NCBI GenBank assembly: GCA_963794325.1 | Contig: CAWCDG010000004.1 | Location: 1,632,001-1,696,000, forward strand | DNA from: an uncultured delta proteobacterium | GTDB taxonomy: Bacteria > Desulfobacterota > Binatia > Binatales > Binataceae | DNA length: 64,000 nt | Reading direction: 5' to 3' | Part shown: piece after piece, positions 40,082-49,840 of the stretch | Layout of the letters: every line of letters begins with the position of its first letter | Position numbering within the stretch: position 1 is the first letter of the stretch | Notes under the pieces: model-generated | Told to the model about the DNA's origin: nothing | Seen by the model: only the letters and a program-made list of their open reading frames with translations | Databases searched by the model: none | Program-made: the position numbers and the translations under genes

Positions 40082-40855
40082 ATGGAGCACAAAGATCTCG
40101 TCCGCGAAGAATTCACCCGGCAGGCGAACGACTATGCGGCCGCGCCCGCGATTCGCGACGCGGAGCATCTGCGCAAGCTGGTCGAGATTGCCGCCCCGCC
40201 GGCCGACGCGCGCGTGTTGGAAGTCGCGACTGGGCCGGGGCATGTCGCGATGGCGTTTGCGGCAGTCTGCCGCGAAGTCGTCGGCATCGATCTCACTGAC
40301 GCGCCGCTCAAGATTGCGGAGAAGATGCGCGTTGAACGTGGACTCGGGAACGTCAGCTTCCAGAAGGGCGACGTCGAGTCGCGGCTGCCGTTCGAGAGCG
40401 GCGAATTCGATGTCGTCGTGTGCCGCTTCGCGATTCATCATTTCGCGGAGCCGGAGAAGGTGATCGCCGAGATGGCGCGAGTGTGCAGGGCTGACGGATT
40501 GGTGGCAGTCGAGGATTTGATTGCCAGCGAACAGCCCGAGCGCGCGGCGTACTACAATGAGTTCGAGCGGTTGCGCGACACGTCGCATACCAATGCGCTC
40601 GCGATGAGCGAATTGATCAGGATGATGGGTGCGGCTTCACTCGAGATAGTGAGATTCACGTCGCACGGCTACCGCACTCCGGTCTCGCAGTGGATAAAGG
40701 CGGCGGCCCCGTCGCCGGAGCGGGCGGCGAAGGCTGTCGCGATGGTCGAGCGGGATGCGGTGGAAGATTTGAGCGGAGCGCGTCCGGTGCGAATCGATGG
40801 TGAGATGCATTTCACGTATCGGATCGCGATGCTGGTGACGCGCAAGCTCCCGTGA
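40082..40855 (+). CDS. Class I SAM-dependent methyltransferase
   Basis: VLEVATGPG, GIDLT, GDVESRLPF..FDVVVCRFAIHH; real start is 40082, not 38810. Confidence 0.9.
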   Translation: MEHKDLVREEFTRQANDYAAAPAIRDAEHLRKLVEIAAPPADARVLEVATGPGHVAMAFAAVCREVVGIDLTDAPLKIAEKMRVERGLGNVSFQKGDVESRLPFESGEFDVVVCRFAIHHFAEPEKVIAEMARVCRADGLVAVEDLIASEQPERAAYYNEFERLRDTSHTNALAMSELIRMMGAASLEIVRFTSHGYRTPVSQWIKAAAPSPERAAKAVAMVERDAVEDLSGARPVRIDGEMHFTYRIAMLVTRKLP

Positions 40856-40860
40856 TCCTG

Positions 40861-40913
40861 CCTCCCCCAATGTGGGGGGAGTCCGACGCTCGTCTTCGAG
40901 CGCGGGTGGAGGA
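40861..40913 (-). repeat. REP-like two-hairpin element related to family B
   Basis: CTCCCCCAATGTGGGGGGAG and CGCTCGTCTTCGAGCG hairpins ending GGGTGGAGGA. Confidence 0.6.
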
Positions 40914-40935
40914 CCGAATTTCCGAGATTCCAGAT

Positions 40936-41007
40936 GTGCGGCGCAACAGACAATCGCGCCGCACAAACGTCCCTCACCCTAACCCTCTCCCCGCGTGGGG
41001 CGAGGGA
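40936..41007 (+). repeat. 72-bp composite repeat (TGCGGCGC hairpin + family B REP) copy 1
   Basis: Colinear with the reverse complement of 63817-63888. Confidence 0.85.
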
Positions 41008-41029
41008 ATCAGAAGATGAGCGAGCAGCG

Positions 41030-42223
41030 TTAGTGCTGCAATTTCTTTCCCGAGATCAGCGCCAGCACTCCTGAGTATTGGAGTAGCGAGGTCTGCTCGG
41101 CGAGGGAGCTGATTTCGAAACCGGTGAAGAAGCCGGCGATGGGGACCGGGCCCAGGGCGCGCCTGATGTAGGCGGAGTCGTGGCCGGGGATGTTGTAGAG
41201 GCCAGCGCCGCGCGAGACGCAATTGAAGTAGAGGCCGAAGGCGGGCGGCATGTCGAGGCGCGCGGTCAACTCATCGAGGGTAGCTTTGAGGTCCTGGCGC
41301 GAGCGTTCGGCGTCGCGCAGCACGAAACCGATCGTGTCGCCGACTTTGGGCTGGAAGGCGACCGCGATGACCCCATGCTCCTCGCTGGCGCCGACGATAT
41401 TGCGCACCACAAATTGTCCGCGCTCGATCTTGTCCGCGTCCTCGTACAATGGAATCGCGACGAAGACGTAGCCGAGCGCGCGGCGCAGATCGTCGGCCAG
41501 GGGACCCGCGGCCTCGGCAAAGACTTCGTAAGCCGGGCGGCCGTCCAGTTCGATTACGATGTTGTCGCGCGCGGCGGTCACGCGATGCGCCGTTCCAATC
41601 AGTCCGCATGCGATCGTGTTGGCGAGTGTCAGATCGAAATCTCCCGAAAGAAGCATCCCGGACACCGCGTTCGAGCTGATCGTGTCGCCGCAGAAAACGA
41701 ACGTCTCGCCGATTGAGCCGTCCTCGCTCGCGCCGCCGCCTGCGATCGTGACTCCGGGCAATTCAGTTCCCAGAGCATTCAGAGTGGCTTCGGCTTCGAA
41801 GTTGTAAGTATCGGCAAAGAGGATCAGCAGGTTGGATTTGCCGAGCTTCGGACGAACCTTGGTCGCTACGTCAGCCGCGACACCAGCGGCGCGGCCGCGA
41901 AGGGTCGGCACGAAGAATCGGGTTGCCTGGATCTCATCTTCGTCGCCGCCGAAGACCAGCACGGCCAGCGCGTGTCCGGATTCGATTTCGGTTTCGCCGG
42001 CGATGACGCCCATGCTCGAACATCCGGCGACTTCGCGCGTGCCCGCTTCGGAAGCCACCACGCGCAGGATCATCGGATACGCTGCGCCGTAGGCCGGAGT
42101 CGCGAAGCATAGCGCGCCCGTCGCGCGAGTGATCCCTGCCTGCGCCAGCGCGGCGCCCGTCGCTTCGGCGGCGGCGCTGCGCGGATTGCGCGCGCTGGAA
42201 AAACCGACGCCACCTCGAATCAT
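41030..42223 (-). CDS. FIST N/C domain signal-transduction protein
   Basis: GCSSMGVI, GGGAS, ELDGRPA, YFNCVSRG, GFFTGFEI. Confidence 0.9.
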   Translation of the reverse strand: MIRGGVGFSSARNPRSAAAEATGAALAQAGITRATGALCFATPAYGAAYPMILRVVASEAGTREVAGCSSMGVIAGETEIESGHALAVLVFGGDEDEIQATRFFVPTLRGRAAGVAADVATKVRPKLGKSNLLILFADTYNFEAEATLNALGTELPGVTIAGGGASEDGSIGETFVFCGDTISSNAVSGMLLSGDFDLTLANTIACGLIGTAHRVTAARDNIVIELDGRPAYEVFAEAAGPLADDLRRALGYVFVAIPLYEDADKIERGQFVVRNIVGASEEHGVIAVAFQPKVGDTIGFVLRDAERSRQDLKATLDELTARLDMPPAFGLYFNCVSRGAGLYNIPGHDSAYIRRALGPVPIAGFFTGFEISSLAEQTSLLQYSGVLALISGKKLQH

Positions 42224-42234
42224 CGCAACACCTG

Positions 42235-43698
42235 CTACTTACCTCCGAAAATCTTCAGCAACTGTACCATCCGCTGAATTCCGTCGGCGAGTTCCTTCAC
42301 GCCGATTCGTTCGTTGATGCCGTGAATGCCTTTTCCTTCAGCCGGGAGAACCTCGATCGGAATGAAACCGTAGGAGACGATTTTTTTCTGGCGGAAGTAG
42401 TGGCTGTCGGTAAACCCGATGACCATAGACGGCACAACGCTGGCCTGGTCGTGCGCTCGGGCCAGCGAATCAATCGCGGTCATCAGCGGCGAGCGTGACG
42501 GCGACGAGATTGGCGGAAAGTTCAGGAGCACATCGATCTTGATGGTGTCGTCGCCGATCGCTTTTTTGATGTCGTTGACGACCGCCTTCGGATCGCTGCC
42601 GGGCAGCAGGCGGCAATCGATTTCCGCGAACGCGGTTTCGGAAATCACGTTGGTCTTCTGGCTGGCGGACAGCACGGTAGGAGTGATCGTGTCGCGGACC
42701 TGCGCGTTCTGGCTCGGATCGGAAAGGAACTTTTTCTGAAACTCGGGATCCTTCAATGCAGCGGCAAGATCGAGCTCATTCTTTGGTCCGTGATTGAGCT
42801 CGGCAATCGAATGATAGTAGTCCTGCACCGGGCCGATTACGTGTACGGGTGTCCGGTACTCGCTCAGTTTTTCCAGCGCACGCACCAGCCGCGTGACCGC
42901 GGTTTCCGCCGGCGGATCAGATGCATGTCCGGCGGGTCCGGTGGCCGTGAGCCGCAGCCATAGCGGAGTCTTCTCGGTGACCGACACCACGTAAACCTTG
43001 CGCTTGTTGTCGGCCAGCGGGCGAATGCCGCCGCCTTCGTTGAGCAGATAGCCGGCATCGGAGAAGACGTTAGTCTCGTGATCGACGAACCAGGCCGCGC
43101 CGTTCTTGCCGCCTTCCTCCTCGTCGCCGGTGGCGACAAACAGCACGTCGCGATTGAGCAGGATGCCGGCGCGCTTGATCGCGAGCATCGCCATCAGCTC
43201 GATCACGCCGGGACCTTTGTCGTCGATCGCGCCGCGTCCCCAGATTTCCCCGTTCTTGACGGTGCCCGAGAACGGCGCCACCTGCCATTCCTTGGGATTG
43301 GCCGGCACGACGTCCATGTGGCTCAGCAGGATGATCGACTTGTTATGCTTGCCGATACCGCGGAGGCGCGCGGCGACGATGCCGCGACCATGCTGCGGCT
43401 CCCAGGTCGTCGCGGGAATTCCGTCGGTGAGAAATTTTTCTTTGAGCATCCGCGCCGCGTCGAGCTCGTTGCCGGGCGGATTGGAGGTGTTCATCTGGAT
43501 GTACTTTGAGAGCAGCTCGGTCGCTTCCTGGGTGACCTTGTCCCAATTGATTGGCTGGGGCGGTGGCGCCTTGGTCACGCCGCGCGACTCGGCAGGCAGA
43601 ACATTGGGGGAGGCAGAGGCAGCGAAAGGGGAGCTGCAAATCGCAAGAGATGCCAGCATCCAGAACGCAGAAATAGTAATTGAAGATGCGCGAGTCAT
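42235..43698 (-). CDS. Secreted M20/M25/M40 family metallopeptidase
   Basis: Signal peptide; SHMDVV, GRGAIDDKG, DEE, NEGG, HGINE. Confidence 0.92.
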   Translation of the reverse strand: MTRASSITISAFWMLASLAICSSPFAASASPNVLPAESRGVTKAPPPQPINWDKVTQEATELLSKYIQMNTSNPPGNELDAARMLKEKFLTDGIPATTWEPQHGRGIVAARLRGIGKHNKSIILLSHMDVVPANPKEWQVAPFSGTVKNGEIWGRGAIDDKGPGVIELMAMLAIKRAGILLNRDVLFVATGDEEEGGKNGAAWFVDHETNVFSDAGYLLNEGGGIRPLADNKRKVYVVSVTEKTPLWLRLTATGPAGHASDPPAETAVTRLVRALEKLSEYRTPVHVIGPVQDYYHSIAELNHGPKNELDLAAALKDPEFQKKFLSDPSQNAQVRDTITPTVLSASQKTNVISETAFAEIDCRLLPGSDPKAVVNDIKKAIGDDTIKIDVLLNFPPISSPSRSPLMTAIDSLARAHDQASVVPSMVIGFTDSHYFRQKKIVSYGFIPIEVLPAEGKGIHGINERIGVKELADGIQRMVQLLKIFGGK

Positions 43699-43810
43699 CG
43701 TGGGCCACAGTTGGGGATTTCGATCACGTCTTGAAGGAACACGGTCGCGAGCGTGGCGTCAACTGGTCGTGGGCGAGAGGAAACGAGCGCCGGACGCGGG
43801 AACGTCCGTC

Positions 43811-43892
43811 GAGATTCTTTGCTGCAGCAGCTCAGAATGACGCGTGGGGTCGCTCGCTTCTTTGTGTCATCCTGAGCGCAGCGAAGGATCTC
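43811..43892. repeat. Inverted pair of GTCATCCTGAGC..GAAGGATCT-type REP-like elements
   Basis: 43811-43841 is an imperfect reverse complement of 43866-43892 (GTCATCCTGAGCGCAGCGAAGGATCTC). Confidence 0.72.
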
Positions 43893-43931
43893 GCGCGCCG
43901 GCGCGTGTCTATCCGGCGCTGGCAACGTCTG

Positions 43932-44627
43932 ATGGCACCGCGCGGGAAAACTGAAACGACGCGGCGAGCGCTCGATGCGCGCGGGGTCAGCCTCGCGCTG
44001 AAAGTGCTCCGGCGCGAGGCGCCCGGGTGGAATGCGCCGATCGTGAGCTTCATCGCGGTGCAACATCGCGATCCGTTCCGCACCTTGATTTCGTGCATCC
44101 TGAGTTTGCGCACCAAGGACGCGACGACTGCGGCGGCGTCGATGCGATTGTTCGCGCGCGCGCATACACCGCAGACGATGTTCGCGTTGTCGCCCAAGAC
44201 AGTCGAGGGGCTGATTTTTCCGGTGGGCTTTTATCGCACCAAGGCGCGGGTTATCCGCGGAATATGCCGCGACCTGATCGACAAGTTTGACGGACGGGTG
44301 CCCGACGAGATCGATGCATTGCTGACTCTCAAAGGCGTCGGGCGCAAGACCGCGAACCTGGTCGTGACCGAGGCGTATGCGAAACCGGGAATCTGCGTCG
44401 ATACGCATGTGCATCGCATATCGAATCGATGGGGGCTGGTGCGCACCAAGACTCCCGACAAGACCGAGATTGCGTTGCGTGCGGTGCTGCCGGCGCGGCA
44501 CTGGATTGAATACAACGGGATACTGGTCGCGTTCGGGCAGACGATTTGCCATCCGACGTCGCCGTGGTGCTCGCGATGCAAAATCGCGACGATGTGCCCG
44601 CGGATCGGCGTCACGCACTCGCGGTAA
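43932..44627 (+). CDS. nth: Endonuclease III
   Basis: LKGVGRKTAN HhH, VDTHVHR, C-x6-C-x2-C-x5-C Fe-S motif. Confidence 0.94.
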   Translation: MAPRGKTETTRRALDARGVSLALKVLRREAPGWNAPIVSFIAVQHRDPFRTLISCILSLRTKDATTAAASMRLFARAHTPQTMFALSPKTVEGLIFPVGFYRTKARVIRGICRDLIDKFDGRVPDEIDALLTLKGVGRKTANLVVTEAYAKPGICVDTHVHRISNRWGLVRTKTPDKTEIALRAVLPARHWIEYNGILVAFGQTICHPTSPWCSRCKIATMCPRIGVTHSR

Positions 44628-44638
44628 CTCTCTCCTCG

Positions 44639-44681
44639 TCCGGTTCCCCTTCCCGCTCGGGAAGGGGTTAGGGGTTAGGTT
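44639..44681 (-). repeat. REP-like family A copy 3
   Basis: TCCGGTTCCCCTTCCCGCTCGGGAAGGGGTTAGGGGTTAGGTT. Confidence 0.9.
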
Positions 44682-44743
44682 CCTGGCGCCCAGCCGAGAT
44701 TAAGGTTCATTGCCACCGGTGGGGCTAGTGATAGTTTGAATCT

Positions 44744-45640
44744 ATGACACAGAAAATTGGATTCGTCGGGCTGGGGGCGATGGGGTTGCCGATGGCGACC
44801 AACTTGCTCGCCGCGGGATTCCATCTGACGGTTTACAATCGCACTGCGTCGAAGGCGGAGCCGCTGGTTGGCAAGGGGGCGCATCGCGCGGCGCGCGCAG
44901 GCGACGTTGCGCAGCCGGGGGGAATTGTCGTTTCGATGCTCGCGGATGACGCCGCCGTCAAAGCGCTGGTTATGGGCCCCGATGCTCTAGCGGAGCATCT
45001 TGCGCCGGATGGAATTCATATCTCGATGAGTACGGTGTCGCCGGCGACGACGCGCGAGCTTGCTGCGTTTCACGCGTCGCACGGGAGCGTGATGGTTGCG
45101 GCGCCGGTGTTCGGGCGGCCGAATGCGGCGCAGGCGAAGCAATTGCAGATCTGCGTTTCGGGACCGGCGGAAGCGAAAGCCAAGGTGAAGCCGATCCTCG
45201 AAGCGGTGGGGCAGAACGTATTCGACTTCGGCGACAATGCCGGGGCGGCGAACGTGGTGAAGCTCGCGGGCAACTTCATGATCGCGGCGTCGCTCGAGGC
45301 GATGGGCGAGGCGGTCGCGATGATGCGCAAGAGCGGCGTCGATGCCGTGGCGGCGATCGACATGCTGACGAAAACGCTCTTCGCGGCGCCGGTTTATCAA
45401 GGATACGGAGCAGCCATCGCGCATGGGCGATTTTCTCCGGCGGGGTTTCGACTACCGCTCGGCCTGAAGGATATCAACCTCGTGATCCAGACCGCGGCCG
45501 AGGCGAATGCGCCGATGCCGACGGCGAGCCTGCTGCACGATCGATTCATCTCGGCAATTGCCAAGGGGCGCGCCGACCTGGATTGGTCCGCGATCGCTTT
45601 GGGAGCGGCCGACGACGCCGGTCTCAAGGAATCGCGCTGA
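44744..45640 (+). CDS. NAD(P)-dependent beta-hydroxyacid dehydrogenase family oxidoreductase
   Basis: GFVGLGAMG, YNRT, MSTVSP, APVFG, VKLAGN, GLKD. Confidence 0.92.
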   Translation: MTQKIGFVGLGAMGLPMATNLLAAGFHLTVYNRTASKAEPLVGKGAHRAARAGDVAQPGGIVVSMLADDAAVKALVMGPDALAEHLAPDGIHISMSTVSPATTRELAAFHASHGSVMVAAPVFGRPNAAQAKQLQICVSGPAEAKAKVKPILEAVGQNVFDFGDNAGAANVVKLAGNFMIAASLEAMGEAVAMMRKSGVDAVAAIDMLTKTLFAAPVYQGYGAAIAHGRFSPAGFRLPLGLKDINLVIQTAAEANAPMPTASLLHDRFISAIAKGRADLDWSAIALGAADDAGLKESR

Positions 45641-45660
45641 AGGATTCTGCGACGCGCGTG

Positions 45661-46440
45661 ATGAAATACGTCCGCGGTATTTTCGCGCTCCTTATATCTG
45701 TCGCGGCGATGCTTGCGATTGCGCGTCCGTCGCACGCGATCGACTTCTATGAGATCCAGATTTACGACACCGACACCGCGCCGGTCGGTCATCTGACGCT
45801 CGAATTGCACTCGAACAGCACCACGACGGCGACGGGGCAGCTCGCGAAAAGCCAGAGCGACGTTTATGAAATTCACGAAACGCTCGAGGGCAGTTACGGA
45901 GTTCTGCGCTGGCTGGAAGTCGGGCAGTATCTCGACACCGCGAAGCTTTCCAACGGCAATTACGAATATACGGGCTCGCGCACCAAGGTTCATTTCGGAA
46001 TCCCGCAGACCTTCGAGTGGCCGGTGCAGTTCGGCGGCAATATCGAATTCGCTTACGTGCGGCGAGCGGCCGAGGAGAATCCGCTGACGCTCGAGCTGCG
46101 GCCGATCGCGGGCGCGAGCTTCAAGGGATTTCGGCTGGTGGGGAATTTCGCGTTTGTCGATCCGTTCAGCGGTCCGGGGGCGCATCGCGGGTTTCAATTC
46201 GATCCGTCGGGCGAGCTGGTCTACAAGCTCAACCGCTGGCTCTCGCCGGCAGTCGAATACTACGGGGACATGGGATCGATTCAGCCGCTGGCGAAAGTGC
46301 AGGAGCAGCAGCATTTCATCGTGCCGACGCTGAATTTCGACTTTCTTCCGCAGCTCGAGCTCAACCTTGGGGTGGGAATCGGACTGACGCGCGCGAGTAA
46401 CGGTCTGTTCCTGAAATCGATTGTCGGCTGGACGTTTTGA
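45661..46440 (+). CDS. Putative outer-membrane beta-barrel protein
   Basis: Signal peptide (PSHA), YEIQIY...LELHSN, alternating beta strands, C-terminal VGWTF. Confidence 0.72.
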   Translation: MKYVRGIFALLISVAAMLAIARPSHAIDFYEIQIYDTDTAPVGHLTLELHSNSTTTATGQLAKSQSDVYEIHETLEGSYGVLRWLEVGQYLDTAKLSNGNYEYTGSRTKVHFGIPQTFEWPVQFGGNIEFAYVRRAAEENPLTLELRPIAGASFKGFRLVGNFAFVDPFSGPGAHRGFQFDPSGELVYKLNRWLSPAVEYYGDMGSIQPLAKVQEQQHFIVPTLNFDFLPQLELNLGVGIGLTRASNGLFLKSIVGWTF

Positions 46441-46529
46441 ACTGACTACTAACCCCTCGCCAGTGAGATTTATCGTTGCTTGACCAGCGGGGCTAAACTA
46501 TCCTCGATTTACGCGCTTGGCGCCGTCTG

Positions 46530-47885
46530 ATGTCGTTCCCCTCACAAGACAAGCGGGCTGACGAGAAACTCGGGAAAATCCTGGGCGGAGTCGGCTCCGT
46601 TCGCACGCGACTCAACTCGTTGGCGCTGCAGCACGCGATCTTCTACACGCTCGCGATCGCGATTGGATGCGGCGCCGCGATTTTTGCCGGCGCATACGTG
46701 CTTTCACCGCTCACTTTCCTGATTGGTGGGTCGGCGCTCCTGGTCATTGCAGCATCCGGTATCGCGAGCGCCGTAGCGGCCGGGTGGCGAATGCGCACCA
46801 GCGCGGAGAATGCGGCTGCGATTGCCGACGATCGCGCCGAGCTGAAGGGACGCCTCGCGACGATCGTCGCGCTCAAGGATAGCGAGACCCGGGGATCGCT
46901 GTGGGCGTACCTGGTTGAAGATACGCTCGGGCATCATGACGAATTCGCGGCCTCGAAGATCGAGCGCCGACGCATCTCGCGCGGGATCTATCCGTTGGCG
47001 GGAGCACTCGTGCTGGCGGCGCTCGCTTTCCCGATTTCGAAAATCAAGCGCGCGCCGCAGATCATCCCGGGCAATGAACAGGACGACCTGACCGTCGATC
47101 TCGACGATCTGCATCTGCGGCCGGCCGATCCGGGCGACGAGTCGGGCATGCAGGTAACCGCAGATCCCGCGACGATGCGCCGGCTTCAGGAGAAGCTCGC
47201 GCGCGAAAACGCCGGCGGCGGGGACGTGGCCGGAAATTCGCTGAATCAACTGATGAATCGCGCGCGCGATATGGCCGGCAATCTACAAAACAAACTGACC
47301 GGACAGCAGCCGTCCTCGAAGCAGCGCCTCAATCTTCGGCTGGCCGATGCGGGACGCGATCAGGATCAAAACGAAATTCGTCGCGCCCCTGATGGCCGGA
47401 AAAATCGCCACGGCGAGGTCGCGGGACAGTTCAAACAGGATCAGCCGAAATCGAACCACGAGATCGATTTGCCGCGGGAGGACGATTCGCGACAGCCGAA
47501 TTCGCAACCCTCGCCCGGCGGGACCGGCGAGGCGGGCGTGGAATCCAACGCCGGCAAGGACAATCCCAATCAGAACAGCGCTACCGACCGCAGCATCCAG
47601 CAAAGCGGCGAGAACAGCAGCAATGGCGGCGAGGCGCACGGAATCGGCGCCGATCCCGACAGCCTGTTCGGAGCGCCGGCGACCTCGAAGCTCGGCAGCG
47701 AGGGCTTCGAGATTGCAATCGAAGCGCGGCCGGTGGATCACGGCGCGAAGGGCGCCGGCCACGCTTACGTACCGCCAAAAGTGCGCACTCCGCTCAGCCT
47801 GAACCAGGAACCGGACGAGCCGGTGGCGCGCGCCGCTGTACCGGCCGACGATCGAACAACAATCAAGCGGGTATTCGAACGATGA
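46530..47885 (+). CDS. Membrane protein with low-complexity C-terminus, first gene of MoxR operon
   Basis: Three TM segments, ELKGRLAT, G/Q/N-rich tail, VPADDRTTIKRVF end; ATGA-coupled to moxR. Confidence 0.75.
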   Translation: MSFPSQDKRADEKLGKILGGVGSVRTRLNSLALQHAIFYTLAIAIGCGAAIFAGAYVLSPLTFLIGGSALLVIAASGIASAVAAGWRMRTSAENAAAIADDRAELKGRLATIVALKDSETRGSLWAYLVEDTLGHHDEFAASKIERRRISRGIYPLAGALVLAALAFPISKIKRAPQIIPGNEQDDLTVDLDDLHLRPADPGDESGMQVTADPATMRRLQEKLARENAGGGDVAGNSLNQLMNRARDMAGNLQNKLTGQQPSSKQRLNLRLADAGRDQDQNEIRRAPDGRKNRHGEVAGQFKQDQPKSNHEIDLPREDDSRQPNSQPSPGGTGEAGVESNAGKDNPNQNSATDRSIQQSGENSSNGGEAHGIGADPDSLFGAPATSKLGSEGFEIAIEARPVDHGAKGAGHAYVPPKVRTPLSLNQEPDEPVARAAVPADDRTTIKRVFER

Positions 47886-48922
47886 GTGAGGTACAGGCGG
47901 AAACGCCAACGGTGGCGGATTTCGCCCGGACGTTTCGGCGCATCCAGGCCGAGATCCACAAGATGATCATCGGGCACGAGCAGGCCGTCGAGGAGTTGCT
48001 GTCGGCGCTGTTCGCGGGCGGCCACGTGCTTATCGAGGGCGTCCCCGGCACCGGCAAAACCACGCTGGTCAAAACGCTGGGGCTGGCGCTCAATCTGAGT
48101 TTCAACCGGATTCAGTTCACCGTCGATCTGATGCCCGCCGATATCACCGGCACGCGCGTGATTCTGTCGGGAGACGACGGGCGTCGCGAGTTCACCTTTC
48201 AGCCGGGACCGGCGTTTTGCCATATCCTGCTCGGCGACGAAATCAATCGCGCGACGCCCAAGACGCAGTCGGCGTTGCTCGAGGCGATGGCCGAGTTGCA
48301 GGTGACGGTGTCGGGCACGACATACCGCCTCAAGCCGCCGTACTTCGTGATGGCGACGCTGAATCCGATCGAGATGGAGGGGACCTATCCGCTGCCCGAA
48401 GCGCAGCTCGATCGCTTCCTGTACAAAGTCCGCTTGAACTATCCCGACGAAGGCGAGCTGACGCGAATCATCTCGTCGACGACGGGACCTGACGACGCGG
48501 GCATCGCGCCGATATTCCACGCCGACGAAGCGCCCGAGCGGGTCGAGTCGTTGAAAAAATTGGTGCGCGAGGTGATGGCGGCTCCCGCGATGGAGATTTA
48601 CGCCGCGCGGCTGGTGCGCGCGACGCAGCCGCAGAACTCGCGCTTCGTAACCGACGAAGCCAAGGCGGTTCACGACGAGATGGTCAATCGCTACGTCATG
48701 TTCGGATCGAGTCCGCGCGGGGCGCAGGCGCTGATTCTCGGCGCCAAGGTGCGAGCGCTGCTCGACGGGCGCGCGAATATCGCGCGCGAAGATATCGAGC
48801 ACGTCGCGGTCCCCGCGCTGGCCCATCGCATAATGCTCAACTACGCCGCGCTATCCGACGGAATCGACGCCGCACACATTGTCGAGCGCGTCATCAAGTC
48901 GGTTCGCGCCGCGAAAGTATAG
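47882..48922 (+). CDS. moxR: MoxR family AAA+ ATPase
   Basis: GVPGTGKT, RIQFTVDLMPADITG, DEINRATPKTQSALLE, EGTYPLPEAQLDRF. Confidence 0.95.
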   Translation: MSEVQAETPTVADFARTFRRIQAEIHKMIIGHEQAVEELLSALFAGGHVLIEGVPGTGKTTLVKTLGLALNLSFNRIQFTVDLMPADITGTRVILSGDDGRREFTFQPGPAFCHILLGDEINRATPKTQSALLEAMAELQVTVSGTTYRLKPPYFVMATLNPIEMEGTYPLPEAQLDRFLYKVRLNYPDEGELTRIISSTTGPDDAGIAPIFHADEAPERVESLKKLVREVMAAPAMEIYAARLVRATQPQNSRFVTDEAKAVHDEMVNRYVMFGSSPRGAQALILGAKVRALLDGRANIAREDIEHVAVPALAHRIMLNYAALSDGIDAAHIVERVIKSVRAAKV

Positions 48923-48932
48923 GCGGTCAAAG

Positions 48933-49838
48933 ATGCTCGAGGCACGCGCTTTCGAGCCCGAATATTTGCGCAAGCTCGACCGGCTGGTGCTCGGCATCAA
49001 GCGCGCCCGTACCGTACGCGCGGGCCAGCGCGCACTCGGCCGGGTCCAGGGACTCGGAATCGAACCCGAAAATTTCAAGGAGTACGCGCCCGGCGACGAT
49101 TTGCGCTTCCTGGACTGGAACGCATTCGCGCGGCTCGACGAATTGATGCTGCGAACCTACCGCGCCGATCGGCAGGTCGAAGTCACCTCGCTGATCGATG
49201 CGAGCGCGTCGATGGGATTGCCCGCGCACGACGACAAGCTCGGGCTCGCGCTGGCGATCGGCGCGTCGCTCGCGTACATCGGGATGGCCGACAACGATGC
49301 GGTGCGAATCGGCGCGTTCGCGATGCATCGCGGGTCGATGAAGCTCGAAGCGACGCCGTTCCATCGCCGCCGCGAGTCGTATCTCAATTTCAAATCGTTC
49401 GTGACCTCGGTGCGAGCCGGTGGCGAGACCCGGCTGGGCGCGGCCGTCGACGAATTGCTGCTGCAACGCCGGCCGGCCGGAACGGTTGTCGTCATCTCGG
49501 ATTTTCTGGTGAACGAAGGCGACATCGAAGACGCGCTCACGCGGCTGGCCGCCGCGCGACATGAGGTGAAAGTTGTTCACGTGATGGGCGAGCAGGAGAG
49601 CACCGCGTCATATCCGCCGGGGCTGTATCGGATTCGCGACGCCGAGACCGGCGAAACGCGCGAGACCGTGCTCGGCCCGACGATGATCGCGGCGATTCGG
49701 CACAAGATCGAAAAGATCGTCGCGAATTTACGCCGCATCTGCACGACGCACGCGATCACTTATGCGCAAGCGTTCGGCGCGGGCAATCTGGAAACGTTCA
49801 TGGAACGCGAACTCCCGCTGCTCGGAATCGTGAGATAG
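48933..49838 (+). CDS. DUF58 domain protein
   Basis: EYAPGDDLRFLDWN, IDASASM, VVISDFL. Confidence 0.92.
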   Translation: MLEARAFEPEYLRKLDRLVLGIKRARTVRAGQRALGRVQGLGIEPENFKEYAPGDDLRFLDWNAFARLDELMLRTYRADRQVEVTSLIDASASMGLPAHDDKLGLALAIGASLAYIGMADNDAVRIGAFAMHRGSMKLEATPFHRRRESYLNFKSFVTSVRAGGETRLGAAVDELLLQRRPAGTVVVISDFLVNEGDIEDALTRLAAARHEVKVVHVMGEQESTASYPPGLYRIRDAETGETRETVLGPTMIAAIRHKIEKIVANLRRICTTHAITYAQAFGAGNLETFMERELPLLGIVR

Positions 49839-49840
49839 CC